64,000 nt of DNA from Candidatus Omnitrophota bacterium (GCA_029560465.1 JAKQKX010000090.1:72189-136188); one strand, 5' to 3'; shown: positions 37,988 to 47,858, counted from the first letter of the stretch. Made by a program: numbers and translations. Notes: generated by a model not told the origin, from the sequence alone.

Positions 37988-40900
37988 CTAATCGAGAAAA
38001 ACATCGATGCGCCGGATCTTGTTATCTCTCACGTCCTCGGCATAAGGGGCGGGAATCACTGGCCCTTCAATTTCCACGGAGCCTTTCCGGTTATAATATT
38101 GAAGGGTTATATTCCGGGCAACGGCCGGGTCTCGGCCGAAAGTGCTTTTCATCTTGGGATTATGATAAACCGTCAGCGTATGTCCCCGCAGGTTAAAAGC
38201 AAACGCGTGAGCCGGCAGCGTTTCGGGCTGACCGTCGCCGGGCCCTCCAAACACCTTCGTCGCCGCTTTAGGGCTGAAAAGCCAGGCCGGCAACACAGGC
38301 TTAAGCTCCAGGTTCAATTCCCGGTTGTTGTCCACATAAAACGGCTGGCGGCCAGCGCACATCCAGAGCCACATCTGGATAAATTCCGCGGTGCTCCCCG
38401 ATAACCGGGCCACAAAACCCTGCCCGTGCAGGGACGCGTCCGGATGAGCACTGCTGACGATAAAGGAGCTGTTCTCTAAATGGCTCCGCCCGTATCGTTC
38501 CGGATTCTGAAACGGGATAAGGACATCCCGGAATGTTTCATAAAATTCCTCATACAAACCGTTGCGCAGCAACTCAAGACAATATTTATACTCCATATGA
38601 AGCCAGATCGACTCGTTCTCGAGCCATCCCGGCGGGAAAATCCGCGTGCGGCCGATTTCTTCCGTTTCCCGGGAGAGGTCGGCGTTGACCTTATACATTT
38701 TCAACTTCTTGTCATACAGCGGGCTCCGTCGCAACGCCCGGTACAGCGTCCGGGCATGATCCGGATCAGACTCGACCCGCAGCCAATGGACAAACCCTTC
38801 CAGAAAAAGCGGCAGGGTATGCCGGCGGAAATTAACCGGCATGACATAATGCCAATCCTGATGCGTCTTGTCCAGCAAAGCGTAATCCGTCACCTCATGA
38901 TAGAAATACGTCGGCAGGAGTTCATCCCCGGGGGCCGCCAGGGCCACGCCCCGGTCAACCCGATTGATAACGGCGGACAAGAAAGCGCGGATCTGCCCGA
39001 CCGTTAATTCATGCTCACCGCCCTCGATCCCCTTACGGATCCGTAACCGGTAATGTTCCTTGATATCATGACTCCGGTGCCAAAGCTGCAGCGGATCGTC
39101 TTCCTCGGAAAAAAGGGCCTGAAGTTCCCGGATAAAATTCCCCAGTTCCGCGAAGACCCATAAAGGTTCCCCCTCCCCCAAAAGCAACCGGTCAAAAGCG
39201 TTCTCCAAAAACAGGCAAAGCCGCTTCAGCTCCAGGGTTTCGGAGATCGAGGAGCCGAGCAGGCCGGGAAGCCCATTTAAAGCATCATACCAACTTGGTT
39301 TATCCGCTTCCATTTCAATGCCGATCCCGCTGGGGTCAAAGCTCGCCGCTTTATTCGCGACAAGACAAAGCAATTTAGCGAAAAGGTTTGTGTAATAAAC
39401 ATCCCCCTCCCCGTCCTGAACCCGCAGTTTATACCCTTTCGCGGCGGCGTCAATGTTCTTGATATCGTTATAGACCGCATGATATTGCCGGACGCCTTGA
39501 GGGGTCAAAAGAAACCGCTGCCCCCGGGGCAAAACGTAATGAGTGTTTAAAAAGAAACTGAATCCCTTCTTGTCCCAGAGCAAGGACCGCAGCATTTCCG
39601 GGTAAATGGCCAAATAACTCTCGATCAGGTCCAGGTTATATGTCCAGTGATCGGTCCAGAACCCTTCTCCGTGGTCGGCAAGCTCGTTCTTTTGACAGAG
39701 GCTTAAAATCTCCCCAAGGAACGCGGCTGGCGCGACGGCCAGTTTGATGTCATGATCAACGACCATTTTAAGCAGCTGCCCAGGCTGAAAACTCTGTTCC
39801 AAAAACACCCCCAGTTTTTCAATGTCCTGCCCAGGATTCTTCAGGCATGTTTTTAAAACACCTTTGAGTTTATCCGGCTTGGCGACCGCGTAGGACAGCC
39901 CTTTGACGACTAGGGGATTATAACCGTCCGCCTGGATCAAATTGAGGAACGTGAAAATGTGCGTGTCCTTCACATCCCGGTTAAACCACACGTCGGTCCG
40001 GCGGTTCTGATTGACGTCGCGATAATTGCCGTTCCCCTGCGAGAAATAGCTCGGGGACAAGACAAAATAATTATAATCCCGCTCCGGGTCGCCATGCTTG
40101 CGGCTATAGACATTAAAAACCTCGCTCCCCTCCGCTGTCGGCAAAGAAACCGGCAATCCGCCCCGTAAAACGTTATCCAGGAATGTCTGCCGGACATACT
40201 GATCCAGGTCCGGGGACGCGCTGTGCATCCACACATAGTGCTTGACCTCGTCCACCACGGCCTTATTCTCCAGGGCCTTTTTGTCAACATATCCCGGCGC
40301 CGTCGCCTGGCGCACGATCCGGTTCAGCTGTTTCTCGCTGGACGCGTACCCGGTCAACGCGGTCAAAGTTTTGGCCCGGCCCAACGGCAGGGAAAACGCC
40401 CCGTAACTCATCGCGGAAGGCGTGCGGTTGCTCGTATGCTGCACAGTCGGAATTTTAAATATTTTCCGGTTAAAGAATTCCTGCGGGCAGACATAATCCA
40501 GGTTGGGGCCGAACACCACCGCCGGATCCACGATCGGGTCCAACAAAACCGGCTTCGGCGTGCCTTCGGCAAAGCAAAAATAAAAATGACCTTCCGTGAT
40601 ATGCTGAACCTGCGGTGAATCCGCCACCTCGACATTCAAATGATAATACGGGGCTTTATGCTTGAGGTTATTGACCCTCACCCAGGCTTCCACGGTCCGC
40701 GACATGTTCTTGAGCGCCCAGTCCCTCATCCCATACGGCATAAGAAGCGGCAAGCCGTCCACGCATTCAATCCTCATATTTTTCCGGGACATATTCTCAA
40801 AACAGACCCTTCGAACCAGGGCCGGATAGCTCTCAGAAGCCACCGTGAAATAGTTGACCGTGACGCGCAACCCTAGTCCGGGGTGGACATCTTCGATGGT

Positions 40901-41275
40901 TAAATCATGGGCGCGGATCTTCATCGTTTGGCGGGTCGCGGCTCCCGCCCCCCGAAACGGCTCCCAAACGTGGACTTGGGCGCCAGAAGAAACTTTTAAA
41001 AACGTCCGGAATCCCTGCAAAGAAGTTAAACGGTACGCTTTATTGGCCGGAAGGAATTCCAGGATCGCTTTATCTTTGCTTTCAATGCCAAAGCTGGAAA
41101 TGCACTGCCCGCGGTTCACGTAGAACACCCACATCGGAATCCCCCAGAGGCCGGCGATTCCCGGGAAAAAATTGCTGAAAGGTTTGGTTTGGTTATATTG
41201 GCGGATCACAAATTCTTCTTCTGCCGTAAAATGATACGTGGAAGCAGATGTTCTCTGGGTACTCTTTGTTTTCAT
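37988..41275 (-). CDS. large (1095 aa) putative glycoside phosphorylase/hydrolase, distantly GH94/GH161-like
   Basis: The ORF is long and continuous. A motif ADKPSWYDALNGLPG resembles the catalytic xDWND(A/G)LN block of GH94-type phosphorylases. The overall size fits bacterial beta-glucan phosphorylases. The gene call is secure; the function is a low-confidence inference. Confidence 0.35.
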   Translation of the reverse strand: MKTKSTQRTSASTYHFTAEEEFVIRQYNQTKPFSNFFPGIAGLWGIPMWVFYVNRGQCISSFGIESKDKAILEFLPANKAYRLTSLQGFRTFLKVSSGAQVHVWEPFRGAGAATRQTMKIRAHDLTIEDVHPGLGLRVTVNYFTVASESYPALVRRVCFENMSRKNMRIECVDGLPLLMPYGMRDWALKNMSRTVEAWVRVNNLKHKAPYYHLNVEVADSPQVQHITEGHFYFCFAEGTPKPVLLDPIVDPAVVFGPNLDYVCPQEFFNRKIFKIPTVQHTSNRTPSAMSYGAFSLPLGRAKTLTALTGYASSEKQLNRIVRQATAPGYVDKKALENKAVVDEVKHYVWMHSASPDLDQYVRQTFLDNVLRGGLPVSLPTAEGSEVFNVYSRKHGDPERDYNYFVLSPSYFSQGNGNYRDVNQNRRTDVWFNRDVKDTHIFTFLNLIQADGYNPLVVKGLSYAVAKPDKLKGVLKTCLKNPGQDIEKLGVFLEQSFQPGQLLKMVVDHDIKLAVAPAAFLGEILSLCQKNELADHGEGFWTDHWTYNLDLIESYLAIYPEMLRSLLWDKKGFSFFLNTHYVLPRGQRFLLTPQGVRQYHAVYNDIKNIDAAAKGYKLRVQDGEGDVYYTNLFAKLLCLVANKAASFDPSGIGIEMEADKPSWYDALNGLPGLLGSSISETLELKRLCLFLENAFDRLLLGEGEPLWVFAELGNFIRELQALFSEEDDPLQLWHRSHDIKEHYRLRIRKGIEGGEHELTVGQIRAFLSAVINRVDRGVALAAPGDELLPTYFYHEVTDYALLDKTHQDWHYVMPVNFRRHTLPLFLEGFVHWLRVESDPDHARTLYRALRRSPLYDKKLKMYKVNADLSRETEEIGRTRIFPPGWLENESIWLHMEYKYCLELLRNGLYEEFYETFRDVLIPFQNPERYGRSHLENSSFIVSSAHPDASLHGQGFVARLSGSTAEFIQMWLWMCAGRQPFYVDNNRELNLELKPVLPAWLFSPKAATKVFGGPGDGQPETLPAHAFAFNLRGHTLTVYHNPKMKSTFGRDPAVARNITLQYYNRKGSVEIEGPVIPAPYAEDVRDNKIRRIDVFLD

Positions 41276-41327
41276 CAGTCCTTTATCTCCTGGCCTGCGG
41301 CCGGACGCCGTTTGTTTTTAAAAAAGG

Positions 41328-42119
41328 CTATTCTGGATTTTTTAATTTCCGAAAAATGTTGTAATACCCGGAAAGTTTAGCCCAAAGGACAAGCGAAGAC
41401 CTGTCTTTGTCGCTAAACCGAATCCGTTTCAATTCATACACGTCCCTATTAAAACGGTCATGCCCGCGGTTGGTGGCAAGGGCGCCTTGATATCCCGACC
41501 GGAGGACCAGGTCTTTGATACGGTCATTGAACCCGCCGACAGGATAACAGAAATAGTCCACCCCCGTGTTCAGGTCGGCCATAAGGATGCGGCGGCTCTC
41601 CCGCACCTCCAAAAACCGCTGGGCATCGTCCAAATCAGGCAGATACGCCTGGGACATGCCGTGACTTCCGAATTGAACACCGGCCCGCTGCATGTCCAAA
41701 ATCTGTCTCGAGGACAGGAACCCTTCCGCGCCGATAAAATCCGGGGACACAAAAATCATTGCGGGGAACCCGTATCTCTTCAGCAGCGGGAACACGTACA
41801 TATAATTATTTTCGTACCCGTCATCAAAGGTCAAAACCACGGATTTTTTCCCGAGCGGACGCCCAGATTTTATTCCTTGGACAAGCGCGTCCAGAGAAAT
41901 GACCCGGTACCCGCGCGTCTTAAGGAATTCCATTTGCCGCAGGAATATCTCCGGGCTGACGGTGTCTGCCTTCCCTGCCGGATTCGGTTCGACGTTATGA
42001 TACATGATGATCGGAACCGTGTAATGACTGTCGAGCCAAAGCCATCCCGCAACAAAGGCCACGGCCAAAACAAAAACCGCAGCGAAACGAAATGTTTTTA
42101 TACGACCCTGTCTTTTCAT
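41328..42119 (-). CDS. polysaccharide deacetylase (NodB homology domain, CE4)
   Basis: The 263-aa product has an N-terminal TM, a TFDDGY motif and an FGSHG(M) His motif. Confidence 0.8.
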   Translation of the reverse strand: MKRQGRIKTFRFAAVFVLAVAFVAGWLWLDSHYTVPIIMYHNVEPNPAGKADTVSPEIFLRQMEFLKTRGYRVISLDALVQGIKSGRPLGKKSVVLTFDDGYENNYMYVFPLLKRYGFPAMIFVSPDFIGAEGFLSSRQILDMQRAGVQFGSHGMSQAYLPDLDDAQRFLEVRESRRILMADLNTGVDYFCYPVGGFNDRIKDLVLRSGYQGALATNRGHDRFNRDVYELKRIRFSDKDRSSLVLWAKLSGYYNIFRKLKNPE

Positions 42120-42129
42120 TCGCCCCCGC

Positions 42130-42579
42130 TCATAACTCCGCTAATTCTTTCTTAACCAGTTCGCTGACCACCCGGTTGTCCGCGCAGTCGCCGACCCGGG
42201 ACAAAACCTCTTTCATCACAAGCCCCATGTCTTTCATCCCCTGGGCCCCCACAGCCTGTATCGCCTCCCGAACAACCGGCCGAAGCTGGGCCTCCCCCAA
42301 CTGCGCAGGTAAATACGCGAGTAAAATGTTCATTTCCTGTGTTTCCCTGTCCGCCAGGTCCGGCCGCCCGCCCTTCTCGTACTGGGCGATGGAATCCCGC
42401 CGCTGTTTCACCTGTTTCTTAATGACCTCCTGGACCTGTTCATCCGTGAGCCGGTCAATCTTTAAGTCAATCTGGACATTCTTCATCTGGGCCCGAAGGA
42501 AGGACAGGGTGGACACCTTCACGGCTTCTTTTTGTTTCATGGCCTGAATATAATCCCGGCTGATCGTGTCTATTAACAT
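42130..42579 (-). CDS. GatB/YqeY domain protein
   Basis: The 149-aa product has the YqeY-like pattern (RRDSIAQYEKGGRPDLADRE...LLAYLP). Confidence 0.7.
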   Translation of the reverse strand: MLIDTISRDYIQAMKQKEAVKVSTLSFLRAQMKNVQIDLKIDRLTDEQVQEVIKKQVKQRRDSIAQYEKGGRPDLADRETQEMNILLAYLPAQLGEAQLRPVVREAIQAVGAQGMKDMGLVMKEVLSRVGDCADNRVVSELVKKELAEL

Positions 42580-42639
42580 GCGCCCCTCCCGCTCTGTCTA
42601 TAAGGATTTTTCCCGATTCTATTGAACTCGGTGACAAGT

Positions 42640-42867
42640 TTAATTGTCTATCATAATGGTTTTATGCCTTGATTTCAATCCTTTTATAATCCGGACCTGC
42701 CTCTGCGGAACGTTAAAATGCCCGGCCAAAACTCCAATAAGGGCGTCGTTTGCCTTGCCGTCAACCGGGGGCGCCGTAAGATAAACTTTTAACTGATGCT
42801 CCTCTGGTTTAACCAGGTTCTTTTTCGCGCCAGGGATCACTTTAACGTTAACAATCATAGCGTTCAC
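42640..42867 (-). CDS. DUF167 (YggU-like) protein
   Basis: The 75-aa product carries VKVIPGAKKN...PVDGKANDALIGVLAGHF, characteristic of DUF167. Confidence 0.55.
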   Translation of the reverse strand: MNAMIVNVKVIPGAKKNLVKPEEHQLKVYLTAPPVDGKANDALIGVLAGHFNVPQRQVRIIKGLKSRHKTIMIDN

Positions 42868-42896
42868 ATCTTGAGAGAAGAATTACACGGCAGAAA

Positions 42897-43286
42897 TCAC
42901 GATTCCGGGAGGAGATTGCGGATGCCTTTCAAAAGGTCTCCGATCGTGATAGGTTTCGGAAGGGCTGGATAAGATTGACCTCCGACCGTAAGCTCCATAT
43001 ACTTGTCCCGTTCTTCCCCGGTGACAATGCCGGACAGGAACAAGACCGGGATTTTCCTTTCGATAAAAGGATGTTCGCGGATACGCTGCACCACTTCAGA
43101 CCCATCAATATCCGGGAGCACAATGTCCAACAGGATTAAGTCTGGCTGCTCTTTGACGGCCCGGTCAACGGCCATCTGCCCCGCGGTGGCGGTGAAGACC
43201 TCAAAACCCTCGAGCTTGAGCTTTCTTTCAAGGATCTCCAGGACTTCCGGTTCATCATCAACGATAAGGATTTTTTTCCCCTGCAT
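42897..43286 (-). CDS. single-domain response regulator (CheY-like receiver)
   Basis: The 129-aa product starts KKILIVDDE. The phospho-acceptor Asp lies in LILLDIVLPDIDG, and a conserved Lys lies near the C-terminus. Confidence 0.8.
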   Translation of the reverse strand: MQGKKILIVDDEPEVLEILERKLKLEGFEVFTATAGQMAVDRAVKEQPDLILLDIVLPDIDGSEVVQRIREHPFIERKIPVLFLSGIVTGEERDKYMELTVGGQSYPALPKPITIGDLLKGIRNLLPES

Positions 43287-43491
43287 AAATCAGCTCCTTG
43301 ATTTATTTTACATTAAATCATTGTGATGCAAATAGTTATTTAGAAATTCTTATCCGCCCCCCTGCTGAGGGGACAGGGGCCGGCCAACCCGGCGCAAAGG
43401 GGGATCTTTACCGACACACATTTTTTCTTGAAAAACGATCCGCTTGCCGGAGCGGGAAAAAGCAAGGGTCACGGCGGACAACACAACACCA

Positions 43492-44103
43492 TCAAGGCCC
43501 TTTCTGTAATGGCGCCATCCCGCCGCTTAAATCATCGGCGATGCCGCGGACTTCCTCCAGCATTTCCTGGCGTTTCTCATCGGAACAGTTCCCGACGGAT
43601 CCGAAAAAGGTGTGCCCCGCCAGAGTGATGGAACAAAAGCTGAAAATAATTTCCCCGATCGTCTTCTTCATGCTCTCGATCAGGCCGGCCTGTTCGTAAA
43701 TAGCGACCGGAGCCCCGATCGTATTGATCAAATACCCCCTTTTCCCGTTCAATAAACCCTGCGGGCCGGAGGCTGTTTCCCGATAGGCGAAGTTCAAGCT
43801 GAAAACCCGGTCACAATACCCTCGCATAATAGACGTCAGCCCCCCCCACCAGATCGGGCTGATAAAAACAAGCGTGTCCGCCCAGCGGACATACTCCTGT
43901 TCCCGGCGGATATCTTCGGGATAGACGTTCTTTTTAAACCCCTCCAACTCTTCCGCTTTCAACACCGGGTCAAAACGGACCGCATACAAGTCCCGCACGA
44001 TCACGTCCTGCCCCTTCTCTTTTAACCGGTCCCCGAACACTGTCATAATCGCGTGGTTAAAACTGTGCGGATACGGGTGTCCGTAAACAATTAAAAACTT
44101 CAT
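43492..44103 (-). CDS. flavodoxin-like fold NAD(P)H:quinone oxidoreductase (NQO1/YwrO-like)
   Basis: The 203-aa product starts MKFLIVYGHPYPHSFNHAI, with the FISPIWWGG motif. Confidence 0.7.
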   Translation of the reverse strand: MKFLIVYGHPYPHSFNHAIMTVFGDRLKEKGQDVIVRDLYAVRFDPVLKAEELEGFKKNVYPEDIRREQEYVRWADTLVFISPIWWGGLTSIMRGYCDRVFSLNFAYRETASGPQGLLNGKRGYLINTIGAPVAIYEQAGLIESMKKTIGEIIFSFCSITLAGHTFFGSVGNCSDEKRQEMLEEVRGIADDLSGGMAPLQKGP

Positions 44104-44142
44104 GTCCTCTCCAATTCAGGCAAGCCCATCACGGCCTGCCGT

Positions 44143-44889
44143 TCATGAAACCACCATCCGGGCCGCGTTGATCTTCAACCATTGGCGATGCTGTTGATAA
44201 TCCGGCAACACGCGTTCCACCCTTTCCCAGAATTTTCTGGAATGATTCGGGACCTCCAGGTGACTCAATTCATGGACAATCACGTAATCAATGACCGCCG
44301 GGGGGAAGAACACCAATTGCCAGTTGAGGTGAATCGCCCGGGTCCGATAATAACAATTGCCCCAGATACGCCGGTGCGTCCGCACAGCGATTTTTTCAGG
44401 GGTCAGCCCGGTTAAACGGGAAAAGTGAAACACCCGACTTCCAAGAATTTCTTCAGCCTCTCGTCGGTACCATTTCATCAGTTGCTGTTTGATAATTTCT
44501 GCCTGCAAAGGGCCGGGAGTGCCTGCGGAAAGGAGCACCCGCCATTGACGCCCGTCAAAATGGATCTCCGACCGTTTTTGATCCCCGGGTTGCACGCACA
44601 GGGGATACTCTGTTCCAAGGAAAAAGAATGTCGCCCCGGCCCGGAAGGCTCTCTGCGGCAAGGAACCGTGGCGATGGCGCATGTCATTCAGCGCGTTAAT
44701 AATCCAGTCTGCTTTTTCAAAAATAAAATTATGAATATCTTTTAAAAGAACAAACCGGGGGGCCGCGACACGGACCTGCAGCCTGTCGGAAACACTAATC
44801 CCGATCGTCCTCCTGCGCGAAGAACGGGACAATGTGTATTCAATGACACCAGCTTTTGTGTCCAAAGTTCGAACCCGTTCCGTTGCCAT
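44143..44889 (-). CDS. YgjP-like metal-dependent hydrolase (DUF45, M48/WLM-like)
   Basis: The 248-aa product has an HELSHL zinc-binding motif near the C-terminus. Confidence 0.7.
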   Translation of the reverse strand: MATERVRTLDTKAGVIEYTLSRSSRRRTIGISVSDRLQVRVAAPRFVLLKDIHNFIFEKADWIINALNDMRHRHGSLPQRAFRAGATFFFLGTEYPLCVQPGDQKRSEIHFDGRQWRVLLSAGTPGPLQAEIIKQQLMKWYRREAEEILGSRVFHFSRLTGLTPEKIAVRTHRRIWGNCYYRTRAIHLNWQLVFFPPAVIDYVIVHELSHLEVPNHSRKFWERVERVLPDYQQHRQWLKINAARMVVS

Positions 44890-44924
44890 AGCCTCTTTAT
44901 ACCAGTAAGTCAGCCGGCCGTAAA

Positions 44925-45641
44925 CTACAGGGCCCCTTCCCCGGAGACCTGGGCACTTCCCCGAAAAAGATATCCCTTATTCCCTATCAGAGACTGCACC
45001 CGGTCCATCTCTTCCTGAATGGCAAGCTGTTCTGCCTCATCATCAGCGACAAGGACTTTCATCCTTTCCTGGACAGAGCGGATCCGGATTTTCGCTTTTT
45101 CCAGGGTTGCCCGCGCCTCATCCAAAGTCGCCCAAGAAAGAGCCCCTTGCGGCAAGCCCGGACCCGCATTCCCCTCTTTTCCCGGGGCATCCTGGATTTC
45201 TTGTTCTTTGAGTTGAAAAATAGATTGCTGCAGATGGACAAGCCGGTTCATAAGTAAAATTTTATCCCGTAGCTGCAAATTTTCTTCTTTAACCTTGTTC
45301 AGCCAGGTGTCCTGATGCGCCACCGCCTGCTCCAAATCCTTCAATTGACGGATTAACCGTTCGTTTTCAAAAAGAAGGTGTTGATGTTCCAACTGATAAC
45401 CCTGATATTCATCCCGGCTCATCCCCATCATCCCGATCGGCTTACGCAAAGACACCCGATGATGCTGATAGAAGACACCTCCAAGGACACACAAAAAAAA
45501 CAAAGCGGCCGTTCCCAGGGAAATAATGCGTTTGTTGCTCATTTCAGGATTTTCTCCTCTTCCGTCCCCTGTTGATTCATCATGCCGCGCTAAATCCTTT
45601 ACGCCGAACACCTGCCAGAAGATATAATTCTGCCAGGACAC
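44925..45641 (-). CDS. membrane-anchored coiled-coil protein; probable true start at the internal Met MSNKRIISL
   Basis: The product has a TM helix (LGTAALFFLCVLGGVFY) and a long heptad-like region. No family was recognised. Confidence 0.4.
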   Translation of the reverse strand: MSWQNYIFWQVFGVKDLARHDESTGDGRGENPEMSNKRIISLGTAALFFLCVLGGVFYQHHRVSLRKPIGMMGMSRDEYQGYQLEHQHLLFENERLIRQLKDLEQAVAHQDTWLNKVKEENLQLRDKILLMNRLVHLQQSIFQLKEQEIQDAPGKEGNAGPGLPQGALSWATLDEARATLEKAKIRIRSVQERMKVLVADDEAEQLAIQEEMDRVQSLIGNKGYLFRGSAQVSGEGAL

Positions 45642-45674
45642 GACATCCTTTATCCGTCTCCCTAAACAAAAATA

Positions 45675-47291
45675 TTATCGCAAGGAAGACGGGAAAGTGC
45701 GGTCGTAGAAACCTTGATCCCGGGCCTTGTCCCTAAGCCGCCGCATTTGCTCTTTAGCCTGGTTCGCGATGTCCGAATTCCGCGCTGCGGCGCTATCCAG
45801 CATCGCCCTGGTGTCCTGGACAGTATAATTTCTTTGCTGAATACCGGCGGCCGTGGATGACGGGCGCGTGGGTGGCGTGGATGACGGGCGTGCGGATGAC
45901 ATGGATGACGAGCGTGCGGATGGGGCATGGGCCTGCCGGTTATTGTGCTCAACACGGATCCCCCGGGCCCGCCCCGGGAGGCCCTGGCGATTCTCCCGGA
46001 CAATCCTCGCAAGACTGTTCCCCAAATCCCGTTGGCGTTGATACGTATCATCGCTGGCCAGCAAATTCTCCTCTAAACGGCTCAAAAGTTCCGACTGCTT
46101 TTTCTTGATCGCCTCCAGTGGGGCCATATCCGTTTGCCCATCGGCTCCGAGGGACAGCCCCTTGGCATGATTCATCTGCCATTCCAGCATCTTCTGTTTT
46201 TCATCCAACCGCCTTAAATTTAATGCCAAATTTTCCAAGACCACATCGTATTCGAACAGAAGGTCTTTATATAAAATATTAATTTCCTCAACGCCAAGGT
46301 CCGTCACCTCCACCAGTTGAGTGCTTAATTGTTTCAAATCACCCTCGATGCGCTGATTGTGCTGTTCCAAAAATTGTTCACTCGCGGTATAATTCTCCGC
46401 TGCCATATAATATTCTTGGGATAAACTTTTAATAACGCCTTTCAGTTCATTCACGTCAGCGGCCAATTCCTCACCTCCGGCATGAAGAATTTTCTGCGCC
46501 AGCTCTTGCGCCTGTTGCGGATCCGCATTCAGGCATTCCGCCGGATCCGGGTTCTCACAAAACGATTGGAACTGTTCCGGATACCGGTCCTGAATCGTGG
46601 TTAAAATATTTCTTAAATGATTCTTCAGGCGTTGAGCCTCCCCATCAGCCCCTCCTCCTTCCGCCTTGAACAGCTTCCCCATGCTTTCCTCGGCTTTAAG
46701 GAGCTGTTGGGTTCTTTCCGCCGGATCCTCTGTCATATAGGCCTTGGCCATCTGAACCGCCATTTCTTTTAATTCAGGGAATTCTTCCAAAAACTGGGCC
46801 TGTTCTTGTGAAAGGGCTTCAGCATAAGTGCCCGCCTCTCGCAACAACTGATTATTAAGGGAGGAAAGTTCGGCCAAAATCTCCTGCCGCTTCTTGATCA
46901 GGGCGCCTCTTTCTTTATAAAGAGCGTCATAAGTCTCCTGAAGGCGCAGCAAATACTCCTGGATATTAACCGTATCCTCTTCGCCGGTTATCCGGGAGGT
47001 GCGTTCCCGGTCTTGCGCGTATTTGCCGAAACGGACAAAATCAATAAGCTGGCTCACTGGGCCGATCTGCCCCTGATTGGCCAAATGCCGCTCATAAACA
47101 TAAATCCCTGTCGACATAAGAAAAACTAAAACAATAATTATCGTGCGCGCGAATATCATAATTTCAGAAGCAAAAATTATAAAAATTACGGTTCCCCTAA
47201 AGGGGGCTTTAATAAGGGGCCCTTCACCTTTTGGTTTTATTTTGATAGTTTTCACGACTTTCGTCAAGTCATAAAACCACCAATCATCCAT
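45675..47291 (-). CDS. membrane-anchored coiled-coil protein with a C-terminal Ser/Pro/Thr/Ala-rich repeat; start moved to the Met of MDDWWFYDL
   Basis: The ORF-track N-terminus (to 47348) would run through the upstream terminator T-tract, so the Met at about 47291 is preferred. The product has a TM helix, then about 350 aa of coiled coil. The C-terminal tail carries 8-aa repeats encoded by a 24-bp tandem repeat. Confidence 0.5.
   Translation of the reverse strand: MDDWWFYDLTKVVKTIKIKPKGEGPLIKAPFRGTVIFIIFASEIMIFARTIIIVLVFLMSTGIYVYERHLANQGQIGPVSQLIDFVRFGKYAQDRERTSRITGEEDTVNIQEYLLRLQETYDALYKERGALIKKRQEILAELSSLNNQLLREAGTYAEALSQEQAQFLEEFPELKEMAVQMAKAYMTEDPAERTQQLLKAEESMGKLFKAEGGGADGEAQRLKNHLRNILTTIQDRYPEQFQSFCENPDPAECLNADPQQAQELAQKILHAGGEELAADVNELKGVIKSLSQEYYMAAENYTASEQFLEQHNQRIEGDLKQLSTQLVEVTDLGVEEINILYKDLLFEYDVVLENLALNLRRLDEKQKMLEWQMNHAKGLSLGADGQTDMAPLEAIKKKQSELLSRLEENLLASDDTYQRQRDLGNSLARIVRENRQGLPGRARGIRVEHNNRQAHAPSARSSSMSSARPSSTPPTRPSSTAAGIQQRNYTVQDTRAMLDSAAARNSDIANQAKEQMRRLRDKARDQGFYDRTFPSSLR
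45844..45915. repeat. tandem repeat, about 3 copies of a 24-bp unit (GGATGACGGGCG(C/T)G(T/C)GG...)
   Basis: The repeat was read directly in the sequence, in frame within the 3' end of the 45675..47291 CDS. It encodes SARSSSMS / SARPSSTP / PTRPSSTA. Confidence 0.7.
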
Positions 47292-47328
47292 ACGCCCCCG
47301 GCTTCCCTGGTGGCGTTTCTTCCCCGTC

Positions 47329-47362
47329 AGGAAAACAAAACCCCCCACTTTCTTGTGGAGGG
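47329..47362 (-). terminator. rho-independent terminator downstream of the 47412..47858 gene
   Basis: On the minus strand an 8-bp stem (CCCTCCAC / GTGGGGGG, one mismatch) with a 6-nt loop is followed by TTTTGTTTTCC. Confidence 0.5.
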
Positions 47363-47411
47363 TTTGAATGACTCAATCCTGGAAGGAAAAGAAATATATG
47401 ATTTCCAAATT

Positions 47412-47858
47412 CTAACGGTTTCTTTGCTGCATATCTCTCAATTTTGCCTGCATATCCTGGATGCGCTGCTGTTGCATCTCATTTTTAGCCCGGACATCCT
47501 GCATCCGGTATTTGATTTCCTGATTTTTCTGTTCCATATCTTTGATCTTTTGTTCCGCCAACTGCTTATTTCTTTCAATCAAATCACGCATCCGCTGTTG
47601 AGACATTTCATTCTTATCCTGCATGTCACGAATCCGCTGTTTCTGGGATTCAATTCTCGCCATTAAATCCTTGATGCGCAACGCGGCATCCTGGCTTTTC
47701 ATCCTGATCACCTGAGTAAAATTTTGCGTATTTGTTGAACTTCCTCCGCTCTCGGTCGTCTTCTTCTCACTCTGCTGCGCGGTCGTTGTCTGCGCCCAAA
47801 CCGGGGTGCTGAAAATGACCCATACCGCAGCTAACATACATACTTTCTGAAGGCTCAT
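47412..47858 (-). CDS. secreted low-complexity coiled-coil repeat protein
   Basis: The 148-aa product has a signal peptide (MLAAVWVIFSTPVWA), a T/S-rich linker and about five 11-14-aa repeats of the form (R/I)(I/M)xDMQ(D/A)KN(E/Q)MxQQR. Confidence 0.5.
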   Translation of the reverse strand: MSLQKVCMLAAVWVIFSTPVWAQTTTAQQSEKKTTESGGSSTNTQNFTQVIRMKSQDAALRIKDLMARIESQKQRIRDMQDKNEMSQQRMRDLIERNKQLAEQKIKDMEQKNQEIKYRMQDVRAKNEMQQQRIQDMQAKLRDMQQRNR

